A stretch of 64,000 nucleotides of DNA from Scyliorhinus canicula (lineage: Eukaryota), in assembly GCF_902713615.1 (NCBI RefSeq), contig NC_052164.1, forward strand, positions 97,363,575 to 97,427,574. The letters run 5' to 3'. Shown here one piece after another: positions 1 through 12,980 of the stretch (the stretch's first letter is position 1; the number at the start of each line of letters is the position of its first letter). The position numbers and the translations under genes were made by a program. Below the pieces are notes generated by a model. That model was not told the DNA's origin. It did no database searches and was given only the letters and a program-made list of their open reading frames with translations.

Positions 1-680
1 ATCCAATTCATTTTTTTCAAGTAAGGAGCAATTTAACATGGCCAATCCACCTAACCTGCACATCTTTGGGTTGTGGGGGTGAAACCCACGCAGACACGGG
101 GAGAATGTGCAAACTCCTCACAGACAGTGGCCCAGGGCCGGGATTCGAACCCGGGTCCTCAGGGCCGTAGGCAGCAATGCTAACCACTGTGCCACCGTTC
201 CGCCCCTGGATCAGAGAATCCTGCCCCTATTTCCAGGTTTCAGCCATTAGTCGGCCAACACATCCGCCCTTGCAACTCACTGCCTTCTTACGCCAATTGT
301 AAAGCAAAAAGACTCATTACCCAATCGGATCCATAGATTCTTTACAGTGCAGAATGAGGTGAAATGCTTCACAGCTCCAGGGTCCCAGGTTCGATTCCCG
401 GCTGGGTCACTGTCTGTGTGGAGTCTGCACGTCCTCCCCCTGTGTGCATGAGTTTCCTCCGGGTGCTCCGGTTTCCTCCCACAGTCCAAAGATGTGCGGG
501 TTAGGTGGATTGGCCATGCTAAATTGCCCGTAGTGTCCTAAATAAAGTAAGGTTAAGGGGGGGGGGGGGGTTGTTGGGTTACGGGTATAGGGTGGATACG
601 TGGGTTTGAGTAGGGTGACCATGGCTCGGCACAACATTGAGGGCCGAAGGGCCTGTTCTGTGCTGTACTGTTCTATGTGC
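1..680. mobile_element. Two HE1-type SINEs (1-207 minus, ~365-680 plus), representative of many copies in the window
   Basis: Diagnostic CCAATCCACCTAACCTGCACATCTTTGG core and tRNA-derived head. Further copies near 2413-2890, 20205-20535, 22680-22897, 24055-24265, 35385-35710, 38413-38732, 43290-43615, 47840-48160, 58117-58440 and 62540-62880. Confidence 0.8.
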
Positions 681-1279
681 TATTTGGGACATCAAGTCTG
701 TACCGAGCCTCCGAAAAAGCTCTCTACCCAGGCTCAGTCCGCCACCCTATCCCTGTAACCCTGTGCATTGATCATGGCCAATCTACTTGACTTGAACATC
801 CTTGGACACGAGGGTGCAATTTTAGCCTGGCCAATCCACCTAACCGGCACATGGTTGGACTGTGGGAGGAAACCCACCCAGACATGCGGAGAATGTGCAA
901 ACTCTGCACAGACAGCTGGAATTGAACCCCTCCAATCTCTAATAATAATCTTGACTGTCACAAGTAATCTTACATTAACACTGCAATGAAGTTACTGTGC
1001 CTCGTAACTGAAATTTCTCACCCCTGGAATCTGTGGTAAACCTCTCTCCTGCTCACATCTGAATGTACCCTCCAGGGAGGGGAAGGGGGGGGGGGGGGGG
1101 TCGGTGTTTGTAAAATAGGATCACTGTTCTCTTTACAAGGTTCAATTTCAAGGACAAAGTGCAGCACATTTGGAGCACTGGAAATAAAAATCACAGGGAA
1201 AGATTTGGAAATCAATTGGAAATCGGTAGCGTGAACCAACATTGCTGCAATCGTGGCCAATTGAAGGTCTGTCCTGGCA

Positions 1280-1364
1280 GAACCGAAAGTAAATCGGTTT
1301 GGAGAACAAAGTTGGTTTCGTTTTCCGTCTCTGATCAGTGTCGGCAGGAATAGCCAAGCCGGAG
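1280..1364 (+). promoter_or_regulatory. Putative ISRE promoter and non-coding exon 1 of the 4381 gene
   Basis: IRF-like GAACCGAAAGT at 1280-1290 and ISRE GGTTTCGTTTTCC at 1314-1326. Inr-like TCAGT at 1335-1339, donor GAG|GTAAAG at 1364/1365, locally CpG-rich. Confidence 0.6.
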
Positions 1365-1594
1365 GTAAAGTGGGGTTTTCATTCTGAATTTTGGAAAGAG
1401 CTTTTAGGTGACTGTCGCTATTTTACACTGAGCGGGAAATCGACCCGTTTAAAGGTTGGCAGCGGTAAGGATGTTTAAATTCCCGGGTAGATGTGCTGAA
1501 TTGCAGAGAGTGGAAAATGGGATGTTGCAAATGCCACAGGAACCATTCGTTACCCCATCAGACAACACGTCTCACTGACTGAGGCTGAGAAAGT

Positions 1595-1620
1595 TGTGTG
1601 TGTGTGTGTGTGTGTGTGTG
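1595..1620. repeat. (TG)n microsatellite
   Basis: 13 TG units. Confidence 0.9.
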
Positions 1621-3580
1621 GCAGACATGGGCTATTTCTCAGACCCGCTCCTCTCTGAGAACTTTTGAACAACTTTCTGCAACTTCTTGTATCCAACCCG
1701 CCCGGGTTCCTGTCTGACGTTTTTGTTAATTTTGCTGGTTGATGCATTTGGGATAGTTAACTTGACTAACACGGGGGGGGGGAGGGGGGGGGGTAGGTTG
1801 TACTGAATTCTGCAGCACAGAAATAGGCCTGTTTGTGCTTCACTCCTCTCGGTCTCTCATCCACCCTATCAGCATATCCTTCTCTACCTTCTCCCCCTCT
1901 TGTACCTACCTGGATCCCACTGAAATTCACCTGTTTCCATTACTTCATCCATTCCTGGGGCAATGAGTTCCTCACCTCTCTTTGGAGTAAGGAGGTTTCT
2001 CCTGACTGAATTCCTTATTAACAGTGATCACCTTGAGGCTGCAGTTTTGTGCCCCTCTGGCCGTGCTTTCGACAGGGGAGGGCACGTAAAATAAGGTGGG
2101 TGCCAACTCCACCATCCTTCACCCACCCCCCAAACTTGTCCCCGTGATGCTTGGGATGAGTGGGAACTGAAATCCACAGCCCGCCTGCCCTATTCAAATA
2201 AATAATCAAGGGTCATTAAGCTTGTGAACAAGCCAATAGGCCGCGATAATACTCTGCCCACACCCAGCTGTGTACCCCTCTACCACGGCTGCATTCAGAG
2301 CCGGGTGCCCCTGGAGAGAGGGAGCATGATGTATCCACTGCTATCCTCAACACCACCTGTGCCCGTTTGGCCCCACAGGGGCTGGGCTGGGCTGCCTTAT
2401 CATAGAATCCCTGGGGCAGTATGGTGGTGCAGTGGTTAGCACTGCTGTCTCATGGCGCCAATTTCTCAGGTTCGGTCCCGGCTCTGGGTCACTGTCCGTG
2501 TGGAGTTTGCACATTCTCGCATGTTTGCGTGGGTTTCGCTCCCACAGCCCAAAGATGTGCAAGGTAGGTGGATTGGCCACGCTAAATTGCCGCTTAATTG
2601 GAAAAAATGAATTGGGTTCTCTAAATTTAAAAAATATCATAGAATCCTTACAGTGCCGAAGGAGGCCATTCAGCCCATCGAGTCTGCACCGATCCTCTGA
2701 AAGAGTACCCGACCTAGGCCCACTATCCCAGTAACCCCACCTAACCTTTTGGACACTATGGGGCAATTTAGCATGGCCAATCCACCTAACCTGCACATCT
2801 TTGGACTGTGGGAGGAAACCGGAGCACCCGGAGGAAACTGACGCAGACACGGGGAGAACGAGCAAACTCCCTACAGACAGTGACCCGAGGCCAGAATCTT
2901 CCGCACCTTTAGGGGCCAAACCCTCACATTGAGGGGCTAGGCCTGCGCCTGAGTGGTTCCCACTCCGCCGGCTGGCGTGAATGGCCTTTGGTGCCACGGC
3001 AGCCGGGGCCCAAAGGACTTCGCCAGCCGGCGTAAGTCCGCGCATGCGCGGCTGCAGACGTCATACCGGCACATGCGCAGAGGAGTGGGTCTCTTCCGCC
3101 TCCGCCATGGTGAAGACCATGGCGAAGGTGGAAGAAAAAAAGTGCCCCCACGGCACAGGCCCGCCGGCGATCGGTGGGCCCTGATTCTGGGTCAGGCCAC
3201 CGTGGGGGCACCCCCCGGGGTCAGAACGCCCCGCACAACCCCCAGAACCCCGGATCCCGCCCGCGCCGCCAATCCCACCAGTCATGTAGGTTGTTTACTC
3301 CACGCCGGCGGGAGAGGCCTGTCAGCGGTGGGACTTCGGCCCATTGCGGGCCGGAGAATCACTGCGGGGGGCCTGCCGACTGGCGCGGCGCGATTCCCGC
3401 CCCCGCAGAATCTCGGGGGGCGGACAATTCGGGACACGGCGGGGGCGGGATTGACGCCGGCCCCAGGCGATTCTCCGACCTCCCGCCTATTGTCTTCACC
3501 CTGTGTGAAGTACAGTATTGAGCATGCTCAATCTCTGACAGTGGAGTAATCCCAGGAGTTCAAATATTCACCAAAAAGGC

Positions 3581-4022
3581 AAAGAACAACAAAGAACAGC
3601 ACAGGAACAGGATCATGATGCCGGTATAAATTAAAACCTCTGCACTTCCGGGGTCTGTATCCCTCTATTCCCACCCTCCTCATATATTTGTCAAGGCACC
3701 TCTTAAACATCGCCATCATATCTGCTTCCACCGTATTCACCAGCAGCGAGTTCCAGGCACTTGCCACCCTCTGTGTAAAGAAACTTGCCTCGCACATCTC
3801 CTTTAAACTTTCCCCCTTCACCTTAAACCTATGTCGCCTGGTAATTGACTTCCACCCTCGGAAAAAGATCCTGACTATCCACTCTGTCCATGCCCTTCAT
3901 AATTTTGTAAACCTCCAACAGGTCACCCCCTCAACCTCCTTCATTCCAGCGAAAACAATCCGAGTTTGTCCAATCTCTCCTCATAGCTGATACGGTCCAG
4001 ACCAAGCAACATCCTGGTAAAG
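3581..4022 (-). mobile_element. CR1-type LINE 3' fragment
   Basis: FFTQRVASAWNSL...FKRCLDKYM is the CR1 ORF2 C-terminal motif. Confidence 0.75.
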
Positions 4023-4380
4023 CACTGGGACTAAAAGGATTAAATCAGGAGTGCAGGTTACACAGTCTAGACATGTATGGAATATTATGGAATGTTCTAA
4101 TCCTGCTGTTTAATGCAATTGAAGGATTTGAGAGGAAAGATAGATAGAAACAATTCCCTCACCTGGCGACAGTCGAGAACAAGGGTGCATGCTCCCCAAG
4201 GAAATCTAAAAGTATCTATTAATCTGTCAGTCAACCATAAATAAACCAATCACCTAGGCCAGGAGTTAAACATCAGCATCAGTGTACTTATGTCTGTGGC
4301 CGAGACCTTAGCAATACCATGTAAATGTTTTCCATTACAGGTCTCACGCGACTGCAGGAGAAGGTGATAAATACCAAAAA

Positions 4381-5022
4381 ATGTCCATTACATTTTACGG
4401 CTGGGAGGCCATCAATGAGGATAAAGGGCATCTGAAACCGGGGCAAAAGCTTCAAGATGGTAGAGGCTATACCATGTACCACGGGACCCACAAAAACAAT
4501 GCCGCAAAAATAATATGTTCAGGGTTTGTACCATCCGTAGATGGACTCCTGGGTCCAGGGGTATACATTAGCAGAGATAGGAATAAAGCAAGGGTGTACC
4601 CAAAGACAGTACCGAAAACTGACAGAGTGGTCTTCAAGCTGAAAGTTAGAGTTGGAAAAGTGAAGAAAATAGACAAGGATAACCATCCCCTGCAAAAAAC
4701 CTGGCATCAGCAAGGCTACGACTGTGCCTGGGTCCCACCAAATTGCGGGATGCAGTCCATTCCGAGTCAAAAAGAAGAAGACTGCGTCTGGGACCCCAAA
4801 CGGATAACGGTGGTGGATATCGCCTACGCAAATGACCTGGTCAAGAAAGATCTGAGGAAGCTGATAAGCGAACAGACGATGGCCAAGGAAGCGGATGTCA
4901 AGGATCAATGCAACGTCTGTGGCCACCGACAATATTCATCTCATGAAATTCAGAAATGCTGGGGTTGTGAGACGGTCGTCTGCCCTTTTATGAGCAAACA
5001 TGTTTGTAAAAAAGGGAGATAG
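4381..5022 (+). CDS. gig2: Gig2-like PARP-fold ADP-ribosyltransferase-domain protein, long type with C-terminal Cys/His finger (213 aa, single coding exon)
   Basis: Motifs YTMYHGT, GLLGPGVYISRD, ARVYP, VGKVKKID, HPLQKTW, GYDCAWVPP and EEDCVWDP are typical of Gig2. Splice acceptor tttccattacag ends at 4340; AATAAA at 5296-5301. Confidence 0.9.
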   Translation: MSITFYGWEAINEDKGHLKPGQKLQDGRGYTMYHGTHKNNAAKIICSGFVPSVDGLLGPGVYISRDRNKARVYPKTVPKTDRVVFKLKVRVGKVKKIDKDNHPLQKTWHQQGYDCAWVPPNCGMQSIPSQKEEDCVWDPKRITVVDIAYANDLVKKDLRKLISEQTMAKEADVKDQCNVCGHRQYSSHEIQKCWGCETVVCPFMSKHVCKKGR

Positions 5023-6896
5023 ATTTAGTGGGAGCTCTCTTTCAATCATTATTTCTGAATATTATTTGTCTCTTCAGTCCTACGCTTTCTCTTCTCTATT
5101 AATATTAAGAATATAGGAACAAGAAAAACGTCTTTACATCCAACGAGCTGTATTTTTCAGAGCTGAACCCCACTTCACCGCTTCTCACCATTTCCACCAA
5201 TTCTGTCCCTTTGCAGAAACATATTTGATTGCAGCATGGGCTCATTTCTATATTGGAATTACCTATGTCGCAGACAGTTTAACCCCTTTTGGACTAATAA
5301 ATGGGACTTTCGTTCTCAGCCCAAACTTCTAAATGTTTCATGAACACCTCCTTCACTGCCTCAGGGAGGCCGTGGTCAATGGTTGTCGCTGGATTAGTAA
5401 TGCAGACACCCGGGGTAATAATACTCTGAGGACCAGGGTTCCAATCCCACCACTGCAGATGATAAAACTTGAATTCAATAAAAAAATCTGGAATTAAAAG
5501 TCTAAGGATGACCAGGAAACCATTGTCGATTGTCGTAAAAACCCATCTGGTTCACTAATGTCCTTTAGGGAAGGAAATCTGCCGTCCATACCTGGTCTGG
5601 CCTACATGTGACTCCAGACCCACAGCAATGTGGTTGACTCTTAAATGCCCTCAGGGATGGGCAATAAATGCTAGCCCAGCCAGCAATGCCCACAATCCAT
5701 GAATGAACAAAAAAACACACATATGCACACACAACGTGGTGTATCTGTGCACACACAAACATATACAAATATATATGTACATGTATCCACACATACCCAC
5801 AGTCTTACACATACATTTTCTATTCATGTCATTCTCCCTTCTCTGCATCACAGATGTTTTTATATAGCAGATACAGGCTTGACTTGATATGTGTTGAGAA
5901 TTTCTCTCAATATTGACTATAGATCCCAATCTATCTGGATAACGATGTCTAACATCCTTCCAATAATGTACCTTTCACTACAAGCTGGTTGTTAAGCTTG
6001 CTGGTGCAGTCCTGCCAATCTTTGAGACACGGGATGTGATCCAACAGCCACGCTGTGCCCGAACAGCAGCTCGCCGTGGCGCAGCGTGGCCGATGATCCT
6101 GCTCCCGGGATCTACCCATTTCGCAACGTCTTGCGAGATCCAATGCGATCTTGCGAGATGTTGCAATGTAAATCCCGCCCAGAATGGGATCACGTTTTGG
6201 CAAATCTGCACATTAGAGCAAGGCAGTAAGCGAGACGGCACTGCGAGCATCGGGAAACACGCGGCTAAACACGCTCGCGAGGGGACCTTGTTCCCTTTTG
6301 GGAGAATCACGCCCATGGTGAGACATGGTGGGGTTGTGGCCACACTTTTTATACTATTTTGCACTTGCCACTCGAAGTGCTTGTTTGCCTATGTGGAGGA
6401 AACATACAAAGAGATACATTGAGTGCATTAACCTGTGCAAAACCACAACAAATGAACCCCTGAGAGTTTATCTTAAATATTAACTGCCATGTGGTAAGTT
6501 TTCACACTGGAAGAAATTATAAATGTAACATACATAAGCAGCAGAAGTCCTTCCCTAAAGAGTTAACAAACAAATTGTACATGCCACTAAGTTGTACAGT
6601 CCCAGGATGTTTCAGACTCAATACCCTAGTTTTCAGATGGAGTGATTCTCTGGTTGTTGTTAGCACACTGAGCTAAATCGCTGGTTTTGCAAAGCAAACC
6701 AAGGCAGGCCAGGAGCATGGTTCAATTCCTGTAACAGCCTCCCCAAACAGGTGCCGGAATGTGGCGACTAGGGGCTTTTCACAGTAACTTCATTGAAGCC
6801 TACTCGTGACAATAAGCGATTTTCATTTTCATTTCATTTCAATTGCTTAATCAACCTTGGGGTAGGAGGAGAAACATCAGCTCGGGTCCTGCTTAT

Positions 6897-7590
6897 GATC
6901 TTGGAGTACAAGTACACAGGCCCCTAAAGACAGCAGTTCAAGTAGACAAGGTTATAAAGAAAGCATCTGGAATGCTCTCCTTCATTGGCAGAGGTATAGA
7001 ATATAAAAGTCAGGATATAATGTTGGAATTGTATAAACACTGGTGAGGCCATAACTGGAGTATTGCGTGCAGTTCTGGTCACCACATTACAGGAAGTACG
7101 TTATTGCTGTGGAGAGAGTGCAGAGGAGGTTTAGATGAATGTCGTCAGGGCTGGAAAAGTGTGGCTATGAGGAGAGATTGGATAGGTTGGGGTTATTTTC
7201 CTTGGAACAAAGAAGGTTGAGGGGTGACTTAATTGAGATGTACAAAATTATGAGGGGAAGTGGTAGAGTGGACAGGATACAATTGTTTCCCTCCACGGAG
7301 AATTGTAGAACCAGGAACATAGATTCAAGATCAGTGGCAGAGGGTGTAGAGGGGACATGGGAAGAACTTTTTCACGCAGAGGGTAGTGTGAGTTTGGAAT
7401 TCACTGCCCCAGTTGGCGGTGGAGGCAGAAACTCTTTAAAAAGTATCTGGATCTGCACCTTAAGTGCTGTAAGCTACAGGCCTATGGATCGGGTGCAGGA
7501 AGGTGGAATTAGAAAGAACACCTGGGTGTACTTGGCCTGGCATGGACAAGATGGGCCAAATGGCCTCCTTCTGTGCTGTAACGTTTCTGT
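6897..7590 (+). mobile_element. CR1-type LINE 3' fragment
   Basis: Motifs DLGVQVH, KKASGMLSFIGRGIEYKS and YEERLDRLGLFSLEQRRLRGDLIEMYKIM. Confidence 0.85.
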
Positions 7591-9376
7591 GATAACCATC
7601 CAGTCTGATCCATGGAATCGTGCATAGGCAGGAAAATAATGGGTTGGACCTAGTTGTGACGCCCCACCATGGTTAAACAGCCAGCTCTGACTATTTAAGT
7701 GAACACACAATCAACGGCCACTGGATGCCTGGCCATAAGTGGGGCGGTGCACCCCAACAAGAGGAGGAGGGAGAAAATTGTAGCAGAGCAAGACACACAA
7801 AGGCCTGGGCCATTGTGATAACTGCTTTGTACGGATTGTGTTTCAGTGCCAGTTACAGCTCCGAAACACAAGGCGTGGAAGTGCTTTCCTCTTACAATAG
7901 TGTTGTGCCATATACAATATCAAGTTTACAGCCTCAACTAAACTGCCTTCTATTGTTGTCAGAATGAGAAGCAACATTAATTACATTTTACACCAAGCAT
8001 ATAATATTAACGCCAGGGTATATCATAGAATCCCTACAGTGCAGAAGGAGGCCATTTGGCCCATCGAGTCTGCAGCGGCCTCTGAAGGAGCACTCCGCCC
8101 AAGCTCACTCCCCCACCCTATCCTAATAACCCTTTAACCTAACTTACACATCTTTTTTTTGGATACTGAGGGGCAATTTTATAACAGCAGAATAGTTTCT
8201 TAACCTGTTTCAAATAACAGTTAAACAGTTGACAAGATAATTTCACATGCATGACATACATGAATTAACGTAACTGCCATCAGGGGAATTTAACCCTGAG
8301 TTCTGAGGAGATAAACCCAACACTAAATTCATACACTCTTAATAACCTGTTATATATAACCTGCATGCATATTTTCAAAGATGTACCACTTTCTGCAATG
8401 ATTTGCCTTTTCAATTGCAAATTACCACTGCCTATATTGTAAAACTGCATTAAAATGTCAGAGGAAATCAAGTTTGAGTCATCTTGTGTTCAATATTGTC
8501 ACAGCTCAATCCTGGGAAAGGAGCGCAGCTTTGGTGAAAAAGTTCTTGTCTAAGCATTTTCCATTTGTTTTATTTGTGAAGTAAAGTCGCCATTGTCCCA
8601 GACGACCATAGGCTGCTATCCCCTTCGAGGGACAGAGCTGACTGGTGGTGATTTAACCTGAGGGTCACCACACCTCAGATGAGGGGAAAGGTTGAATAAC
8701 CTCAGCCGGTACTGGAATTGAACCCTCGCTGCTGGCCTCGCTCATTACAAGCCAGCTGTCCAGCCAACTAAGCTAAATTGGGCCCCTTATTTAGCTGAAG
8801 GACATAAAAATAACTTTGGGATCATGTCATCACTTGCAGGTGAGGCATTGGGCCGAATTCTATGGCTCCTCCCGGAGTCAATGGAGTTTTGAACAGTTTG
8901 CGGCATTTTCTGGCCCTTCTCCATAGTGAGGCAGAATTGTCACTGGACTAGTAGACCAGAGACACAGAGTAATGTTCTGGGGACCCAGCTTCAAATCCCG
9001 CCACTGCAGATGGTGAAATTTGAATTCAATAAAAAAATCTGGAATTTAAAGTCTATTGATGACCGTGAAACCATTGTCTATTGTCGGAAAAACCCATCTG
9101 ATTTATTAATGTCCTTTAGGGAAGGAAATCTGTCGTCCTTACCTGGTCTGGCCTACTTGTGACTCCAGACCCACAGCAATGTGGGTCACTTAACTGCTCT
9201 TCAAGGGCAAATAGGAATGGGCAATAAATGCTGGCCCAGCCTGCGATGCCAACATCCCATGGACGAATAAAATATATATATAGTGACCATGGCATACAGT
9301 TCCACTGATTGTGTCTAAAAAAAAAAAATCACCTTTATTAGTGTCACAAGAAGGCTTATTGCATTAACATTGATTG

Positions 9377-9931
9377 TGGGACATATTGGCAGGAAATCCT
9401 GCTTTTTACAATATATAACTAATTCTTAACTATGTTGCAAATTGTATCTAACTCTGCAGTTTGCTGTACTTTCCATGTCTGCTGCTGGAATAACAGCCCT
9501 GTGTGCAAAACAAATGACTCATCACCAGGTGCGTACTCAGAGACAATGGACTATTAACAAACTTTGCCCAAGGTCTGAATGCCTGAAGATATCCCTGCTC
9601 TGCCCAGCTAGCCACAAGCTGAAGAATTCACAACAACAGGAAAAGGCTGTAGATTACAAACTAGTAACCATTTATGGCATGGACTGAGATAATGGAGGAC
9701 TAATTAGTTGCATGTAATGAATTGTGATGCGAATAAAGGTGATTGGCTGTATGTAAATGAGATTACAAACTGATTTCGCTTTCGAATCTGTATATTAACC
9801 CGTGTGAACCTTAGCTCAAGTGAGAAGTCTAAAGGCTGCGGAGCCTCAGGCCTTTCTCCCAGAATTCTGATATAATAAACTGCTTCTTTGCTCATCAAAA
9901 GGCCTTCGTGTGAATATTTTCACCTATAACA
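9377..9931 (+). mobile_element. Probable solo LTR inserted into a SINE
   Basis: Interrupts the SINE sequence cattaacattg/caatgaagttactg. TG...CA termini with ATTG duplication; internal ATTGG, TATA-like and AATAAA motifs in LTR order. Left edge uncertain by a few bases. Confidence 0.55.
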
Positions 9932-11599
9932 ATTGCAATGAAGTTACTGTGAAAATCACCTCGTCGCCACATTCCAGGCACCTGTCCGGGGAGGCTGGTA
10001 CGGGAATTGAACCGTGCTGCTGGCCTGCTTTAAAAGCCAGCGATTTAGCCTGGTGAGCTAAACCAGCCACATGTAGGCCAGACTACACAAGGATGGTTGA
10101 TTTTCTCCCGTAAGGACATTCGTGAACATGATGAGTTTTTACAACGTTCCGGTAGTTTCGTGACCATTATTAAAGACACTCGCATTTTATTCCACATTTA
10201 TTCATGAAATTTAAATGCCCTCAAGGTGTGCTCAGATTTGAAATCAGCTCTGTGAAGCGTTAGGCCAGCCGCTGGATTACCAGTTCTGCAGCATTACCGC
10301 TATATCACTCTGCCCCTGTTTTCTTTCTCCCTCTCTGGCCAACCTTCTGCACACTGTGTCCGTAAGCACATGGATAGTGTGAGAAAATGCTCCGCAGTGG
10401 CCTGCAAGTGACCAGCTAAATCCAACAGGCATAGGGCCTCCAAGGATCAAACTTTATTTTATGATGAGTCAGTAAGATAAATGATAGAAGGGCTGGAATT
10501 TGGACATTCTGAATTCTCCCTGTGTACCCGAACAGGCGCCTGAATGTGGCGACGAGGAGATTTTCACAGTAACTTCATTGCAGTGTTAATGTGAGCCTAC
10601 TTGTGACAATAAAGATTATTATTAATTGGCCTCAGAACCTGTTGCAGAAAAGAGGGAAAGCTGGCTGGGGAAACTGCACATGAGTATGACTAGACCACCA
10701 TAATAATAATAATTGCTTATTGCCTCAAGTAAGCTTCAGTGAAGTTACTGTGAAAAGCCGCCAGTCACCACATTCTGGTGCCTGTTCAGGGAGGCCAATT
10801 AAACTCGCGCTGCTGGCTTGTTCTGCATTACAAGCCAGCTGTTTAGCCCACTGTGCTAAACCAGCACCATATATCAATCGCTATTGAAAACCCAAAGGCA
10901 GAAATAAGGCCAGAAATTTTCATTGGAGCAGAGAATGTTGAAAGATCTGACAGCAAGATTTCAAGGTGCTGAACTTTGGTCAGGATCTATAGTTGATGAG
11001 TTAACAAATGAAGGGCTTGAATTTAAGATCTTAGTATGAAGAGAGAAGTTGGGAAAAGTGTTTAAAAACGAAATGAGCAATATTTGAAGAAGAAAAGTAG
11101 ACAAAAGATGGGGCAGGGGAACATCACTTATTGGAATGTTGTTGAGAGCTGGCATTGTGCAGCGGGCCGAATGGTCTTCTGCATTGGAAAGATCAACCAT
11201 TCTGTATGCGGACAGTAAGTGTGGTCAGGATTATGAGCCTCATGCCCAACATTCCCATGAGCAGAAAACTGATCAACACTTAAGTCGAGCCTAGGGTGGG
11301 ATAAAATCCATATGGACAAGGCTATCGGTATCCATAGAGCAGAACCCCAGCAAAGAGTTAACAGCACCTTCAGCTGAAGGAGGGGACAAAATTAATAAGC
11401 AGGAAAATCCCTCTGCATATCTTGAGGGGTAGTCAAGCCCTTGGAGTTTGAGGGAAGGCGAAGGCAGATGTTGGGACCGAGATCCAAGTCTGCTATTAGC
11501 AGCCCTCCAGCTCCCACTTAGCTCCAGCCTCTTTGAATGCATGGCTGGGCTCTTTAAGCATCAGAACGAGGCAGGCATTTTTTTCTATTTTAGGATACT

Positions 11600-11709
11600 G
11601 AAATTGAAAGTTAAATATTGCTAGTGTGAGCGAAGTCTAAGTGCTTCTCTTTAAAAGGAATCTACTCTAACAAAGTTTTTTATCCACTAATACAATTCAA
11701 ATCAAGTGG
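11600..11709 (+). promoter_or_regulatory. Putative ISRE promoter and non-coding exon 1 of the 14196 gene
   Basis: GAAATTGAAAGT at 11600-11611, TATA-like TTTAAAAG at 11650-11657, donor TGG|GTGAGT at 11709/11710. Confidence 0.55.
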
Positions 11710-12150
11710 GTGAGTATACTGATATTTTAAATATCAATATTTTACACTGTTTACTGATTGGTGTCTGAAAGCTGTGGCCACTGCAGACATGTATGATTAC
11801 TTCCTGATATTTCCTTCATTGCAGCTGCTTGATGTACATGTTTTACCGTTCAATACATGGAATCATTTTGTGTTTTGTTTTCTAAGTGTTGCACAGGTGC
11901 TGATTTAGTGCATAAATATTCTGAACAGGGGCTTAACAAACCAGGAAGTATCAGGTAAAATTCCCCACCGTGTTGAGTGATCTACTCTAACTGGGGTGGG
12001 GCTACAATCAGTCACGGTGCCCAGACAAGACAAACAATCAGGCTTTTTGTTCCCGATTATGATCCTGAGGAGTTTCCTGACAAAATGCAATGATCAGATG
12101 AAACCAAGAACCGGTTTTGTAATGATGATCTGAACAGTTGAATATCTTAC

Positions 12151-12793
12151 TGATGTGTTGGGTACTCTGGATCTGTGGAGACTGCGTTTACCTCAGCAGT
12201 AACATAGACAGGCTACCAACACTTGTAGAAGTACAACTCTATTTTATTTAACTACGAGCTGTTAAACATACTTGCACTGTGGGTTGACACTATGTTAGGT
12301 TTTTTTTTTAAATTTAGAGAACCCAATTATTTTTTCCAATTAAGGGGCAATTTAGAGTGGCCAATCTACCTATCCTGCACATCTTTGGGTTGTGGGGGTG
12401 AAACCCACGCAGACACGGGGAGAATGTGCAAACTCCACACGGACAGTGACCCAGGGCCGGGATTCGAACCCGGGTCCTCAGCGCCGTAGGCAGCAATGCT
12501 AACCACTGTGCCACCGTGCTGCCCTACACTATGTTAGGTTGACTGAAGACCTATGGCTAACCTGACCAGCCTATACTGCTAGCACATGGTAGATGTTTGT
12601 GCTACTGACTGCGGGCTCTGTCTGTCTCAGAGGCTGCATCCCGAATGAGCGGGAAAACTAGTGCCCTCTGGCTTTATAGTGACCGTGCCCAATCTGGTGA
12701 TTGGCTGCTGTGTTGTGTGTGTTGATTGGTCTTGCAGTGTGTCAGTCAGTGTGTGTCTATGCACCATCATATACTTATGTGTATATTATGACA
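12151..12793 (-). mobile_element. LTR-like element containing a nested HE1 SINE (12302-12525)
   Basis: TG...CA ends, but no clear TSD for the outer element. The nested SINE has a 15-bp TSD ACACTATGTTAGGTT (12287-12301, 12526-12540). Confidence 0.55.
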
Positions 12794-12949
12794 CTGGTAA
12801 TCATTGTGGAGGGTGAGTAGGTTTGACAGCCGGGAAATAGTACCCTGGCTTCAATCAACAAGTGCAACTGGAGAGAAATTTATGCAGCTAATTAGCTAGT
12901 AACCCAGCAATATAAATATTCTCGAGGAATTGCAGAGTGTTTCAGTAGA

Positions 12950-12980
12950 ATCGCTTCTCGCCCTTTTGGCTAAGATCAAG
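12950..12980 (+). pseudogene. 3'-truncated (tailless) U2 snRNA retropseudogene
   Basis: ATCGCTTCTCGCCCTTTTGGCTAAGATCAAG matches the U2 5' end with one mismatch. Flanked by a 19-bp TSD at 12931-12949 and 12981-12999 (one mismatch). Confidence 0.88.

Noticed and set aside
2347-3549. Long ORFs of 232 aa (-) and 198 aa (+)
   Set aside because: They run through SINEs and a GC-rich repeat; stop-poor by composition, with no protein motif.
12950-12980. Functional U2 snRNA gene
   Set aside because: Only 31 nt are present, with no Sm site, and the fragment is flanked by a TSD.
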